The notes under the pieces are model-generated. The model did no database searches and was not told the DNA's origin. It saw only the letters and a program-made list of their open reading frames with translations. DNA of 64,000 bases from Camelus ferus (lineage: Eukaryota), in assembly GCF_009834535.1 (NCBI RefSeq), contig NC_045696.1:102674001-102738000 (forward strand), written 5' to 3'. A program made the position numbers and the translations under genes. Positions 39,251-52,554 of the stretch are shown here, one piece after another; the first letter of the stretch is position 1, and every line of letters starts with the position of its first letter.

Positions 39251-41279
39251 ATAGTGCCTGATACAACACCTACTCAAAATCTGTAGAAAGGAAATTCTGC
39301 TCATAGACATGACATGACTTTTGAAGCCTTTGGAAATCATATCTTTCTCTCCTGTCTTAGGAGTCCACTATCAGTTTCTGACCTCCAATTTTTTTTTTTT
39401 TTTAAGAGCTGAAAGAATTCCAAAAAGATGGTGGAAATTTAAGAAACCTGATTAACTTTGCAATTTATAAGTACTTCCTAAAATCATAAGATTAATAAAA
39501 AGAAGTCCCACATCCTGCCTGCTCACATAATTTCCATCCTTCCTATCCTGAATCTATATAACTGTAAATATATATGTAGAAAACAGAGGTAGGGAGAAAG
39601 CATGTGAATACTTATCAGTACAAAATGTAATTCTCTAAGAGCTACATTTTTTAAATTATTATTGTTATTGAACTGTGGTTGATTTACAATGTTAATTTCA
39701 TATGTACAGCAAAGTGATTCAGCTATACATATACATACATACATATTTTTTCCCAGTTCTTTTACATTGCAACCAAGAGCTACATTATTAATTAAAGGTG
39801 ATCTGAGTGGGTTTTTGTTCCTGTTCGTAATTCAGTGGTTCACTGTATTATTGCACCCTTACTCTCTATAAATCTGTTTTGATAGTAATCTATAAATATT
39901 AGTTTAGAATTCTGTCATATTCATATTTTAGTTACACAGAAATGTCAAAAGTACAGAAAGAAATGAGTTTAAGGAAATAAGTATTTCTACAGATAGATGC
40001 ATATAATATACCAACTATAAGAAGGCCATGATCTTATCTTGCAAACAAGGCAAGAAAAAGATGCATGTCCTCATTATCTCTTGTTGTTTGTTTTGGTTTG
40101 CTTTTTTGGTTTTCATTTGATTTTTTGCTTTCGGTTATGGTGTTTTCCTTTTGTCACTTTTAGATCTCAGAGAAAAGGTCAAATATAAAAAATGGTATAT
40201 GTGCAATCCTGTCAGAAGCCCCTCATTTTGATCTCCAGTGTTACCTACATCTTACCAGATGCAAAGCTTGTTATTTTATAGGTGCCTATTTATCACATGA
40301 AAGCATAAAGAGATCCAGGGTAAGCGGTATAAATCTTCGAGGGTCCCTTAAATTTTGTTACACAAGAGAAATCAAGCTAAAGTGAATTTTAAAATAATAG
40401 TTTAAAAAGGAAATGTTAAGGGCTTTTCTTAGCACTGGGTGGCAATTCTACACCGTCTCGCCATCCTTCTGGTCCACTGAATAGTTTTAGCTCCGGGGCG
40501 GTCATTTGCTCCATCGTGGCAGGGGTAGCTGTCCTAGAAGGATGAGTCGCAGCTATCTTGTGAGTCAGACTCAAGTCTGGTGAAGATGAAGTTCTTCCTT
40601 TCTTTCTGAACGTAACACCAGCATAACACAACGGGGCTCGTCATATGAATACCAGGGTACTTTAAAAACTAAACATTTTCCTTTCTGTCCTTGCTGTCCA
40701 GTGCCATAAATAGTTCTGATAAAGACATCTGTCAAGCCGCAGTGTTACCTGGCTTGCTGCCACCCCACCCTCCCACCCCAACAAGAGCTGATGACTATTC
40801 ACAGTCCCTCCGAAGAGATCCTAAACAAGTGCCTTCCTATAAAACAGGAGGCTGCATCTGGAATCGCTGCCCAGGTGTTCGGGGGCATCTTCGCGTCCAG
40901 CCTGATTGTTGTGTCTGGTGCTCTGGCCCCACTGTCCCCGCTGCGGCCATGGAGCTGGATGACTGCCTACTCAGGCAACCTTGCGGAGGCGCAGCCTGAA
41001 GTTCCTGACAACCGGGAAGAAAAAGCTCGACCCCCAAGTTGTGGGGGAGGGTGTGGAAGTGGGGATCCTGCCCCTTCAGAGAGTGGTATCTAAAGAGTTG
41101 TGGACACACACATCCCAAACTCAAACACCCTGGTCCCTCGAGATGGCGAGATGACCCCTAAGCGGTCAAGATCCCCAGAAAGGCCTCTTTCAGAACCTAG
41201 GCAGGCAGAGCTGGCGGGGAGATGAGGAGCTGGGAGGGAGAGGAAAATGGCTCTCGCTGGGCTTTTTGCAGGAATTCCT

Positions 41280-41600
41280 GCAGCGCCGACGCGGGCTCGG
41301 GAATATATTTCGAGCAGTAGAAGAATGAGGGGTGCTCTCCCCGCGTGCGCGCGGGAGAGGTCACCAGGGGACCGAGGTTTGAACGGCCGCAGGTCGCGGG
41401 GCATCGGCGCCCGGGGCAGCCGCGGAGAGGGCGGACGCCGGACAGGTGGGTCCCCCCGGGACGCGGGCGCGGGCGCGGGCGGCGGGGTCGGCTTGGACCT
41501 CGGGGAGATCGGCGCCTCGGCCTCGGCCTCCACCCGAGGGAGCCAAGCAGAGAGCGCGAGCAGGATGGAGGGATGGCGGTGGGGTCCCGGGGACTGAAAC
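41280..41600. promoter_or_regulatory. Orphan CpG island (putative promoter or enhancer)
   Basis: CpG-dense GC-rich block with GGGCGG boxes and YY1-like ATGGC motifs nearby; no recognisable CDS. Confidence 0.75.
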
Positions 41601-42019
41601 TCGAGGACCAGGGAGGTTACAGGAGACCTGGCGATGGTCCTGACCCTGTCCATGCTCTAAGCACCTGCCTCCTCCTACTGCAGCTCTTGGCCTCTTGCAT
41701 CATCAGATCTGGACTGGGTTTGCTTCTCACACCGTGATATCTTCGTCTTATCATCTTAGAAATTTACTTGGCCCCTCCATTTCCTCGTCTGTAAAATCGA
41801 GTTGGAAATATATCTTACTTCATAGTAGTGTGAGGATTCAGTGCATGAATGAAAGATTTTACTCAGTGCCTGACACACGGCAACTCTCCAGTACATTTTA
41901 GGTAGGGTTATATTAGCTCAAACTCTTAAGAACCTGTAACATCCCCAGTCCATAAGGATCCTTGGGGGCATGTGTGCACTCCGGAAAAAAGTGGAATTGA
42001 ATTAACTTTCTTTCTAGAT

Positions 42020-42215
42020 CAGTGCTGTCCAATAGAAATATAATGCAAACCATATGTGTAATTTTCTAATATCCACATTAAAAGGGTTAAAAAAACAAGT
42101 GAAATTAAATTCAGTGATATATTTTATTTAACCCACCATGTATTCAAAATATCATTTCAACATGACACACACCACATTTCAAGGGCTCCCATCTCCCATG
42201 TGCTGGACAGCACAG
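42020..42215. mobile_element. hAT-Charlie MITE (MER3/MER33-like)
   Basis: TIRs CAGTGCTGTCCA ... TGGACAGCACAG; left flank TTCTAGAT. Confidence 0.75.
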
Positions 42216-43126
42216 GTCAGATTCCTTGTCACTATTTGGGTCTCAGCTCAAACATCACCACTACATTTGACTATCCATCTCCCACATACACACGCATTCC
42301 CTGTGGCTTCACCCTGCTTTATTTCCTACACATCATTTATCACTGTGTGAAACCACCTTGTTTATTGTTTCTCTCTTCCTCTTAGAATCCACGATCTAAG
42401 ACTGCAGAGTTGGATCCTCAGTACCTTGCACAGTGCCTGGCATACCGTAGGCACTTGTTTAATACTTGTTATATGTGTGAGTTGTTGAGTTAACAAACGA
42501 ATCGATGACTGCATGTGGTAGTATCTACCTATCCTACAGACAGAACTACCTGGTTTTGACTAAGACGAGCTCTCAGCATCCTGGACACAATAATATTATA
42601 TTTGAAGAATACAGGATGCAGCGATATGAAAACAGGCTTCTGTAAGTTTGATGATTAATCAGGCAATGACGAGTGACTCAGCTACCACCTTTATGCTTGG
42701 GTTTAAAAACTCTCTCAACTGCAATGTGAGTTTCAGATGTCCTTCAACAGCCTTTATTTATTTCATAAATTATCTGAAATGTAATGCGAACTCAAAGATT
42801 TAAGATTTTTAAAAAGAGCTTTTAAAATAAAACTTAATATATAAAAATATTAGACTAAGCCCAAATGGTGAAGAGTCAGCCAACTATTGATGGGTTAACC
42901 TTCATGAAAGAGAGAGCAGATGGGCTGGCATAGGAATATGTATATAAGCTCTGTTGAGACCGCTAAAACACCAACACTTTCCTTGATAAAACTGAACATT
43001 TGGGCTATGGAGTCGGTAACAGTAGTTAAAACTTATTTCTGGGCAGGCTACACAATTAAGGCCATAAATGTGTTTGTAGTACCAGTTCTAATGGACTTAT
43101 TCACTATTTATAAATTAGTTAGTAAA

Positions 43127-43290
43127 ACTGTGGTCTCCAAACCTGGCTGCACAGTAGAATTGCCTAGGGAGCTTCACAAGACAGCTGATTCTTGGGCTCC
43201 CTCCTCAAAGATTCTAATGCAGGTATTCTCTTGGGACTTTGAAACCTGTCATTGAAAATGCTCTTGGTGTCTCCAGTAATCAGGGAACCT
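43127..43290. mobile_element. MER5-like MITE
   Basis: gtggtctccaaacctggctgcacagtagaattgcctagggagct. Confidence 0.6.
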
Positions 43291-43552
43291 CTGCAGCAGA
43301 ACTGTCCAAGTATCACCAGAGGCAGATTCACCAGGACACCAAGAAGCTTCATTGTCAAGGGCTTCCCTACTGCCTGGGTCCTTCCCAAAGTCCTGTATCT
43401 AATTTCATATTTGTAATTTTGTTTTCTTTTCTTTTTTTAAAAGAAGGTCCCCTTGTAAAGGGCTCTCTCCTAACAAAACCTGCTTCTGACAGTAAACTAT
43501 ATATATATAGTAGTATATATATGTAGTTTTCTGACAACTATATATATATATA

Positions 43553-43868
43553 GTTGTCAGAAAACTACAGCCACAGAGCAAATCTGGCCCTCTGCCTGTT
43601 TTTGTACAGCCCATATGAATAGTCTTTACACTTTTAATGGCTGAAAAAATTAAAAGAAGAATAATACCTTATGATATGCAAACATTAAATGAAATTCAAA
43701 TGTCAGTATCTACAGGTAAAGTTATATTGTTCACAGCCATGCTCATTCATTTACAAGTTGTCTGTGACTGCTACATGGCAGAGTTGAGCAGTTGCAACAG
43801 AGACTGTACAGTCCACAAAGCTTAAACTCTTTACTATCTGGCCTTTCAGACAACATTTGCCAACCCTG
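43553..43868. mobile_element. MER58B-like hAT MITE
   Basis: aaactacagcc...caaatctggccc...tttactatctggcctttcaga...tttgccaaccctg. Confidence 0.75.
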
Positions 43869-45784
43869 ACGTATACTATCAAATGATAACGTCATAGATA
43901 CCACAGAAAACTGAATTGAAAGGGTTACTTTATTTAATGTGAAAAGCATGCTAGGCGAATTGTTTAACTTAAACAACTTATAAACAATCCCAACTGTAGA
44001 AGTGAGAAGTTTATTTTATGAAAATCTACAAGTGATTGCATTCAGATATGAATATCAAAGACTTTATAGAATTGTAGCATCTTATTCAGTATCATTTAGC
44101 GTCAGCTGTGCCTGGTCTATGAGTTAGGAGCAACGTAATGTAAGACAGAAGGATTTGTGAGCTGATTCAGGACAGCATGATTATCATTAAAAACCTTCCC
44201 AGGTAGAAAATACTGGAAAAATCTTGGAGGGTAGTTGCAAAAGATGTATGCAATTAATGAGTAACCATTAGGCATAAGATAGTATGTGCTCTGGGTTGTG
44301 GAAAATGTTGCTAAAATTATACTTCGTAGTTTAGTTATGAAACCAGTTAACCCAATACTTTTAAACAAGGCTAAAACCATTTGAACAATAATGATTAGGT
44401 GAATTCGGCAAGAACTGTGACAGATCATTGAATTCTGGCAGCAAAACAGATGAAAAATATTGATTTAACTGTCCCTTTTCATGGAAGTATGATGGAAACT
44501 TATGCTGGGCAGTGAGGGTCACTCTGGAGATCGGAGATGAAGGGGGAAATCTATCAAAAGGATGGCCAGTGTAGCAACCTGTGTTGGTGTGAATGCTGAC
44601 CGGTCAGATTCTGTAGACAAACAGCCGGTGGAAAACTAGACCAAAGGACAAATCAAGTGGGAAGATTAGTCAGTGAAATGTTATTAGATTGGGAGGTCAA
44701 TGATAAAGGCAGAGCTTTTTTTATCAGTCAGTTGACTTTACAGAACTTACGACAGAATTGTACAAAAGAGAACAAGAGATATTTCTTAAATGACTCAGGC
44801 ACCCAGTTCTTTGAAGATCTAGCTTCGGATGAAATCTTGGCTGTTTGAAAACAGTTGCTTCTGTGTCTTTTGGAGGGACCATGGTCCTCTGTGTTCCAAA
44901 TACCATCTGGGAATAATAATCCCAACTGCAGTCCAACCTTTCCATTTCAATGATAAGAGAAGGATCTTGAGAGCTGGAAGGTAAGAGACTTGTTGAGTTA
45001 CTCTGAAAGATGAGTGATTTACCAGGCAGACATAGAGAAAGAGGAAATAAAGCAACATTTTGGAGCATCTGCTATGCTGTAGGTACTTTGTGTATGTTCA
45101 TTACTTCCACATCCCCTCAATATAATTATCATTGATTCCACTTAACACCTGAGGAAACAGAGAGGCTCAGTTTCATGCTTTCAACCATCCAGCCAGTAAC
45201 TGTAGAGCTGAAATAGGAGCGCAGGTCTGTCTGTTTGCCTGGCCCTGAGTCCTGCCGCCTTCCTTCCTTCCTCACCCTTTCCCAGCAGGCTCTCCAAGCA
45301 GAGAAAGCAACAAGCAGAAAAGCACAGCATCATAAATACATTTTCCCACTTTCAGTGACCACTAAGACATTTCTTTAAGTTTATTAGAGTTATAAAAATA
45401 AAACTAATACCCTTCATGAATTAATAATACTGTCTCCAAGGTGGAAGGTCACATTACCCATCGTAAACTAAGTGCCAAACTCTAAATCTAGGAAATGTCC
45501 TTGATTAGGTCCCTTTGAGAATTTACACTATGTCTGTAAAAATTGTCTCAGATGCAGATGCAAAGCTTTGCAGACTACAAGGTATCCCAGACAGGCAAAC
45601 AGCTGTCCTGACCCCTCATTCCGGTTGTGACTCATTGTCGTTTTCACCGCACTCCAATTAAAACTGAGGTTGTAGTTCTGTCTTTCCTCCCCAGGGAGTT
45701 TCTTTACATGGGCTGTTACAGTAATGAGTCACATGACCATTCTTCCCTTAGGTGATGGTCAGTGGTGAAAACACATGACACAAC

Positions 45785-45955
45785 AAGTTTCTTCTGTATA
45801 GCACCAGGAACTATATTCAATATCTTTTGTAACCTAGAATGAAAAAGAATATGAAAACGAATATATGTATGTATATGTATGACTCTTATGCCATCCACCA
45901 GAAATTGACACACTGTAAACTGACTACACTTCAATTCAAAAAAGAAAAAAAAACA
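45785..45955 (+). mobile_element. Short L1 3' end
   Basis: Matches the 3' UTR of the L1 at 8830-8980; A-rich tail. Confidence 0.8.
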
Positions 45956-47734
45956 AACATACATTCAGTAGATCATTAGAGGAATTATTACCAGTGTCTT
46001 TAAAAATTGGTTAAAGAACATATACCGCCATTTAGAAGTCCTTTAATAAGTTATTGGATCAATTTATAGATATTTCTTTTCCCTCTAAAACTGCATCCTC
46101 AAATTGGTCGGAGTTTATGTACCTTCCCCCCCGCCATTCATTCACAAGCCATTCAGAAGAGGTTGTGGGAAGAAACTACTCTCAAGTAATGCTGTCTTCA
46201 AGCATCCTGTCTGCTCTAAATTTAGTAGGTTTTGGGGGGGTAAACCTAGGTCTAATCTCAGATTAAACAAAACAAATGGTAACTAAATAGATGGCCTTTT
46301 TAAATCTGTTCACTTTACCACAATGAACAAGCCAAGACTATCCTAATTTGCAGTTCAGAAAGCTCTCTTCCCAACTTAGAAGCAGCAGGAAAAGAAGACC
46401 AAGCATCAGCTTAAACAGATGTTTCATAATTACAGGATTTTAGGTTTGGAATCACTTCACTTAATCTTTACATGGCCCAGAATTCAACCCAGAAGGTTAA
46501 AAGAATAGCGTTTTCAATTCCATTCATGGAAATAAAGGGCTTGGTTAGAGTTAATAAAGCCAAGGAAAAAAAGTATAAGCTGTTAATCAAAGCAACATAA
46601 TCCTCATTCCAAAGCAAAGTGAAAACAATTTAGTCGTATATTATTTCCATGATACTAGGCAATACTTCTGCTTATAGGTTTGTAAAAGAGGACATGATAT
46701 CCTGAAGGTGAATCTCTCTCCATGTGGGTGAAACATATTAAGATTCCACTGTTGGAGCAACCCCAGAAGCTTATCAGATCTAAATAAAAGATTGATGATG
46801 ATTCTGAGTTTAAAATTTAATGTTCAGGCTAGCTACTAAATTTTACATTATGAGAATGTTGATGGTACTGTAAATCAATAAAATCATTTATGCTGTCTTT
46901 ATGGGGTAGATTTTATGTGATAAAAATTATTTACATATCACTGTGCTTTGTCAGAGGGCAGTATTTACTTACTTCATTCACTGTCATTTATCAAGTTTTT
47001 CATTTTGATGGATTTAATGGGTCATATTTAGTATATGATACATGAGAAGTCCTATTCTGCTAAAAATGCCCATTTTCCTTATAAATTTTGAACAGACATA
47101 GTTATTTCTACTTATAAGCTTGATATACCAGATCTGCAGATACAGTGTAATAACCTGATATCCAAATTTAAGGAAACAGTTCCCAACTTCTAATTATACT
47201 TAGGAGCTTCAAGACAGCTATCTTGTGCTATGAAGAAACAATCAAAATAATAATCCTAGCCACGGGGCTTCTTTGCAAATAAATGGTAAGTGTCTGTTTA
47301 TCCAACACCTTAGTTACTATGTAAGTTTTTCCTCAAAACCAGGTTACCAATTCACAAGGGCTTAACTTTGGCTAAGCCCATCCCTCAAGTGAGTTAAAGG
47401 TTTGTAAGAGAAGGTAAATGAACTTCTGTTGGTTTAAAACGGGCTGTGAGGTAAAGAGCTATGAAATGCCACTTGAAGACAAGAGCTGGCAGTGTTTTCT
47501 CCTGGCTCTGTCTTATGTTCTCTCACTGATCTCCCTTTCCCAACCTCCAGGAGGGAAAAAACCATCTTACTAAATAATGCAAATGTAAATACTGTAACAA
47601 CATATGCAAATTGTGGTTTCATAAAACTATAAGATTGAATTGTGTTTTCATAAAATTATAACATCAAGATTTTTGATCATTTAGGCGGATCAGATACTTG
47701 GTTACATTCATAATCAAGAAATGAAAAATGCCAA

Positions 47735-47809
47735 GGGGTAGGTATAGCTCGGTGGTGGAGTATGTGCTTAGCATGCATGAGGTCCTGGGTTCAACGCCCA
47801 TTACCTCCA

Positions 47810-47838
<29 letters not shown>
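47735..47838 (+). mobile_element. tRNA-derived SINE with an A27 tail
   Basis: GGGGTAGGTATAGCTCGGTGG...GGTTCAACGCCCATTACCTCC; poly(A) at 47812-47838. Confidence 0.9.
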
Positions 47839-47840
<2 letters not shown>

Positions 47841-48144
47841 TCATTCTCCCTTCTGAGTGAGACAGCCCACACTCTGTCTATGGAGTGTGTATCTACTTTC
47901 ACCTTAAACTGAGCACCCAACCCCCACACCTCCTGGATTTTCTCTTGCCTTCTGAAACAGTCTGCACTCTGTCTATGGAGTATGTATCTCTCCGAATAAA
48001 TCTACCTTTACTCAACTGTAGCTCACTCTTGAATTCTTTCCTGCACAAAGCCAAAGACCCACACCTGGCAGGGCACATCTGAGGGGCTCCACCAAGACTT
48101 GGCACATGGCCCTTCTCATGCCCCACATTTATTTTTCTGTATCA
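47839..48144 (+). mobile_element. 3' half (predicted R-U5) of the ERV1 LTR family seen at 3992-4609
   Basis: Aligns by eye with about 4336-4609, includes AATAAA and ends TGTATCA. Confidence 0.88.
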
Positions 48145-50454
48145 CTTTTTAAAAATTACTAATGCACTGGTACCTTTAGGTTACCTTGTTAAGAGCACAC
48201 TTGCCTCATATTTGGGTTACCTGGTACTTTAATTTTTGGAAAGGAAAAGATAGGTATCCCTTTATCACAGAGGTATGTTCCAACTGGATGTAGAATTTGA
48301 AATGAACTTTTTGAAATCTTTTAGTTTGTATCCACTTTGAAATGAAAGATATTCAGTCTCCCATTCATTCCACATTTTTCCAACTTGTTGAATTATGAGA
48401 AATCTGCAAACAATTTGTAGGGAAGGTGCTCTAAGGAAGTCACTGACATGATAGCTCTTTACTAAGGAATCAATTATATTGACATTAAAGAGTAAAGATT
48501 TTAAGACGAAAGTCAAGACTAAAGACTTGCCCTAGGTGAGCTTTGTTAGCTACTAGCACCCTGTAAGTATTAGAATGTCTAAGTCTAATTCATAAACACA
48601 TATGCAAACAGATGAAAATAGTTTTTATTTTTATTCAAGAGATGAATGTGAAGTAGATTGAAATAATATACTGAAATCAGACTCAAGAAATTTAAATCAA
48701 ATAGCTGACATTAAAAAAACAAATCTGGATTATTTATATTTTAATAACATGTACTATATTATCTGTTATTACTTTTAGATAAAAATAAAATTCTTTAGAG
48801 GAACTTTATTTCTAAAATAAATCTTAGCCTCAGGAAACACTTATATGTAATTAACTCCACTACAAGATATGACTCTTTAATGTTTCTGATGAAAATTTAG
48901 CATAGTTTTCTTCAACAAAGAGAGCCCATTCTGCTCTTAAAACATGTGATTCATCATCTTATTTGAATATATTGCTTAATCTAGTAAATGTGTGATGAAT
49001 AGTAGTTAGTACTGACACAGAGCTAAAACGAGGTACTTTCACTCCCATAACTCATTATCCACCAGGAAAGCTAAAAATCTGAATTGTGGAAAGGTGATGT
49101 ATCTAGTCATGACAATATCAGGAGGGGACAGCCCAACACTTTTACCCACTGTTTGTCATATTTCTGCATGGAAACATGTTTTAAAATAAAGTGGACCTAA
49201 CATAGAAAAAAAGAAAAAAGAAAAGAAATGGAAGATGCCAGTGTGGAAAAACAATCTCAAATATTATCATAAAGGATCATTCAAAGCATATTTCACAATA
49301 AGTTATAAGAACTTATAACTAGTTTTTAACTCAGAATCTGAGAAAGACAAATTTCTAGGACAATAGTGAAATACTTTATTTTTTGTTTTCTTAACATGGG
49401 GGTGGGTATATTTTAATCGTTGAGGAGAAATCCTGTTTCCAGTTACTAAATATATTGGATTATTGTCACAGGTGCATCCACTTAACTAGAAAGAAGGACA
49501 TTTCAAAGAGCGTTAATCATGCATATTAAAGGTAAAGTTATAAAAAGCAATAATAAATTATATTTAAGTTTGGAAATCAATAATTTACTCAGAAAAGCTT
49601 TTCTAGGTTTTTTTTTATCAGCTACTATGATTATTAGTTTTAAAATGTTTCTAGTATCAAATTTAAGCTTTTTTCCTTTTTTCCAGATCACTTACGTCAT
49701 TTCCCCCTCTATAAAAAAAACCCATATTTGAAAAAAACCCACAAAATATATGACACTCATTTTAAAAATTTACAGGGCTTTAAAAATTACAAGCTATGAA
49801 CACCTATGTACAAGCCAAACATTATGGATGTATGTAAAGAAAAAGTTATTAAACTTCCCTTCCCTCCCTACATCCCTTGAATCCTATCCTCCTGAGAAAC
49901 CCAATGTTAAAATTTTAGTATATATTCTCCACACCAAATACGTACATATGCATTTATTTGAACACAAGTGCCTGATTACAGAGGCTCTGTTTCATATAAG
50001 AATCAAATCATTTACATCATTCTACATTTTTGGTTTTTGGTTGCAAGTAACAGAAACAGAAAGTAATTTAAGTAAGAAAGGGGATTTATTGGTTCACCGA
50101 ACTGAGAAGACTTCAAGCTTAGCTGGATCTAGGGACTTAAATTGGCACCTGGCTTTGCTTTGCCTTAGCTCTGTTCTTCTCTATATTGTTCTATTCTTGA
50201 GCAAGTCTCCCTTTGTGGTGGCAAGAGGGGTGCTACAGCTTCAAGTTTACATCTTCACAGATCCAAACCCAGGAAGAAAAGAGTCTGTTTCTCTTTCAAC
50301 AGAATCAATGAAAAGTTCTGAGATTTTGAATTCACTGATTGGATCAGTCAAATGTCTTTTCCTGAATCAATCCCTGTGGCCAGAGGAATGCTCTCATTGT
50401 GATCATCCAGGCATGTGTCCTGGGCACACATGGTTTGAGAATAGGCTTCTGGTC

Positions 50455-50860
50455 TGGGTCTGGGCTCTTGTAACAAAAATATACTAGACTTAAACAACAA
50501 ACATTTACTTCTCACAGTTCCAGAGGCTGGAAATCCAAGATCAAGGCACTGGAAGATCTGATGTCTAGTGACTGGTTTGTAGACTCAGAGAGAGAGACAG
50601 ACAGACAGAGACAGAGACAGAGAAAGAGATGGAAATGGAGGAGGAGGAGGGGGGAGGTGGGAGAAAAGGAGGAGGAGGAGATGGAGAAAGCTCTCATGTC
50701 TCTTCTTATAAGGGCACTAATCCCATTCATGAGGCTCCACCCTCATGAACTAGTATCTAAGTCCCCACTTTCTAATATCATCTCACTGGTGGTTATGATT
50801 TCTTTCAACATATGAATTTGATGGGGTGGGGAACATGGACATAAACACTCCATTCATAAC
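50455..50860 (-). mobile_element. MaLR LTR (MLT1A/MST-like) with internal GA-rich microsatellite
   Basis: tctcacagttccagaggctggaaatccaagatcaagg; cttataagggcactaatcccattcatgagg. Confidence 0.8.
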
Positions 50861-51237
50861 ACTCCCAAAAGAACCCAGGTTCTGATTTACCAGAAAGGTT
50901 AATGAATCTTGGGTCAGCAGAAACAACATATTGTCCATTATATCCTGTATCTCTCTTTCTTTATTTAATAGTACCACATGGACATCCCTCCCTATAAAGT
51001 AATCAATGTACAGATAATGTCAATAATGGGAAAAAACACCTCATTTTTTGTAAATCCCTACAGAACATACCATTTCGTTACTGACAGATGTTCAGCTGTC
51101 TCTGCTCCCCCCTCACTTCCCACAGAGGGAACAGTGCTGCAGGTAACATCTTCGTATGGTCTAGTTCATTTATTTCTGCAAAATAGATTCCTAAAGTTCA
51201 AAAGATGAACACATTTAATGTTTTAATATTTGCTACC

Positions 51238-51729
51238 TGATACTGGAGGATGGAGTGCCCACCAACCCTGGGAAGGCATCTGGAGACTGAAAAACACGCA
51301 GACAGCTCCACATCATCAGTGAATCTGTTGATCGTAAGTAACTTACTCGCAGGGTGGGATCCGGATTGGCAGACAAAGATCTAGCATTTGCAGCTGCACT
51401 CAGCACCGCCAAGGGGCCACTGGGACAATTTTATAGTTAATCCAGGGTATGGGGGCAGGTGCTTGGAAAGAGGACATGCATTCCTAAGATTTTGAATGGG
51501 TAACTAGTCCCATGAGCACTAGGAATACATCAGTGAAGCTCTTCATCATTGTTTGGGGACTAACAGAGCATAGAAGCCACATGCTCCTAATGATTATTAA
51601 ACAATTTCCATTAACTACAAAGCCCTTGACAACAGAGAAGTGATTTACCACACAGTACAGTCCCAGGTAGCATCAGTGGAGGGACAGGAGGAACTCAACA
51701 AGCTCAAGATGGCGTTAGTTATGCTAACA
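51238..51729 (-). mobile_element. Probable solo ERV LTR inserted in an old L1
   Basis: Reverse complement TGTTAGCATAACTAACGCCATCTTG...GTATCA with CTATAAAA. No clear TSD. Confidence 0.6.
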
Positions 51730-52554
51730 GCCATACAGCTTTTGTATTTCAAAATCTGTTGTTTGCACTCCCATCAATAACATGGGATGAGAATGTCAGT
51801 TTCCTCACATCCTTGACAACGTTATTATATATGTTATCATAATCTTTTCAGTTTTTGCCGATCTCAAGATTAAAAAATGATACTACGCTTATAAAAAGAA
51901 TAACCAGTCTGCATACATGAGAAACATTTTAAATCTGCATGTCAATAAAAAAGGCAAAAAATTTGAAAACCAGAATCAGACCAGAAGAGAATATTAGCTG
52001 CAGATGTGACAAATGAAGAATTTCAGTCTCTAACTTGTGTTTTCTTAACAGTTTAATAGCAATACGAATTTTTTTCTATTTTTATTGGCCACTTACTTTT
52101 CCTCTTCTGCAATTAACCTCTTCAGGTCCTTGGCATATTTTTTAATTGCTTAAAATTTAATTTTAATAATTTAATTGGTTGCTGATTTTTTTCCATGAAC
52201 TTTAAAAGTTCTTTATATGTTAGGAATGGTTTCTGAATTTTATCAATTCCTCTTGTAGGGGCATATATTTATTCTAACATAAGATTATTTACTTTTAATT
52301 AGTTAATAATGTATATTGAATTATGTTGATATACTTCCTAAGATTGAATCGTCTTTGCATGTGACCACAGGGCATTACTCTCAATCCACTTTTAATCCAA
52401 TTCAATTTCTAGTTATTTTATTTTGAATCTCTCTGTATGGAGATATGTTGTTTTCCTTTGTTTAGACATTTTATTTTTAAGTTTTTTTCTACATATACAC
52501 ATTTATAAAAATTCCTGAACGTCATCACAAATTTTTGCATCTTTTGTTCCCTTT

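Noticed and set aside
41090..41737. ORFs of 116-187 aa over the second CpG island
   Set aside because: Low-complexity Arg/Gly/Pro/Ala products typical of stop-poor GC-rich DNA.
49750..50487. 245-aa plus-strand ORF
   Set aside because: Runs across degraded L1- and MaLR-like sequence and has no recognisable domain; likely chance.
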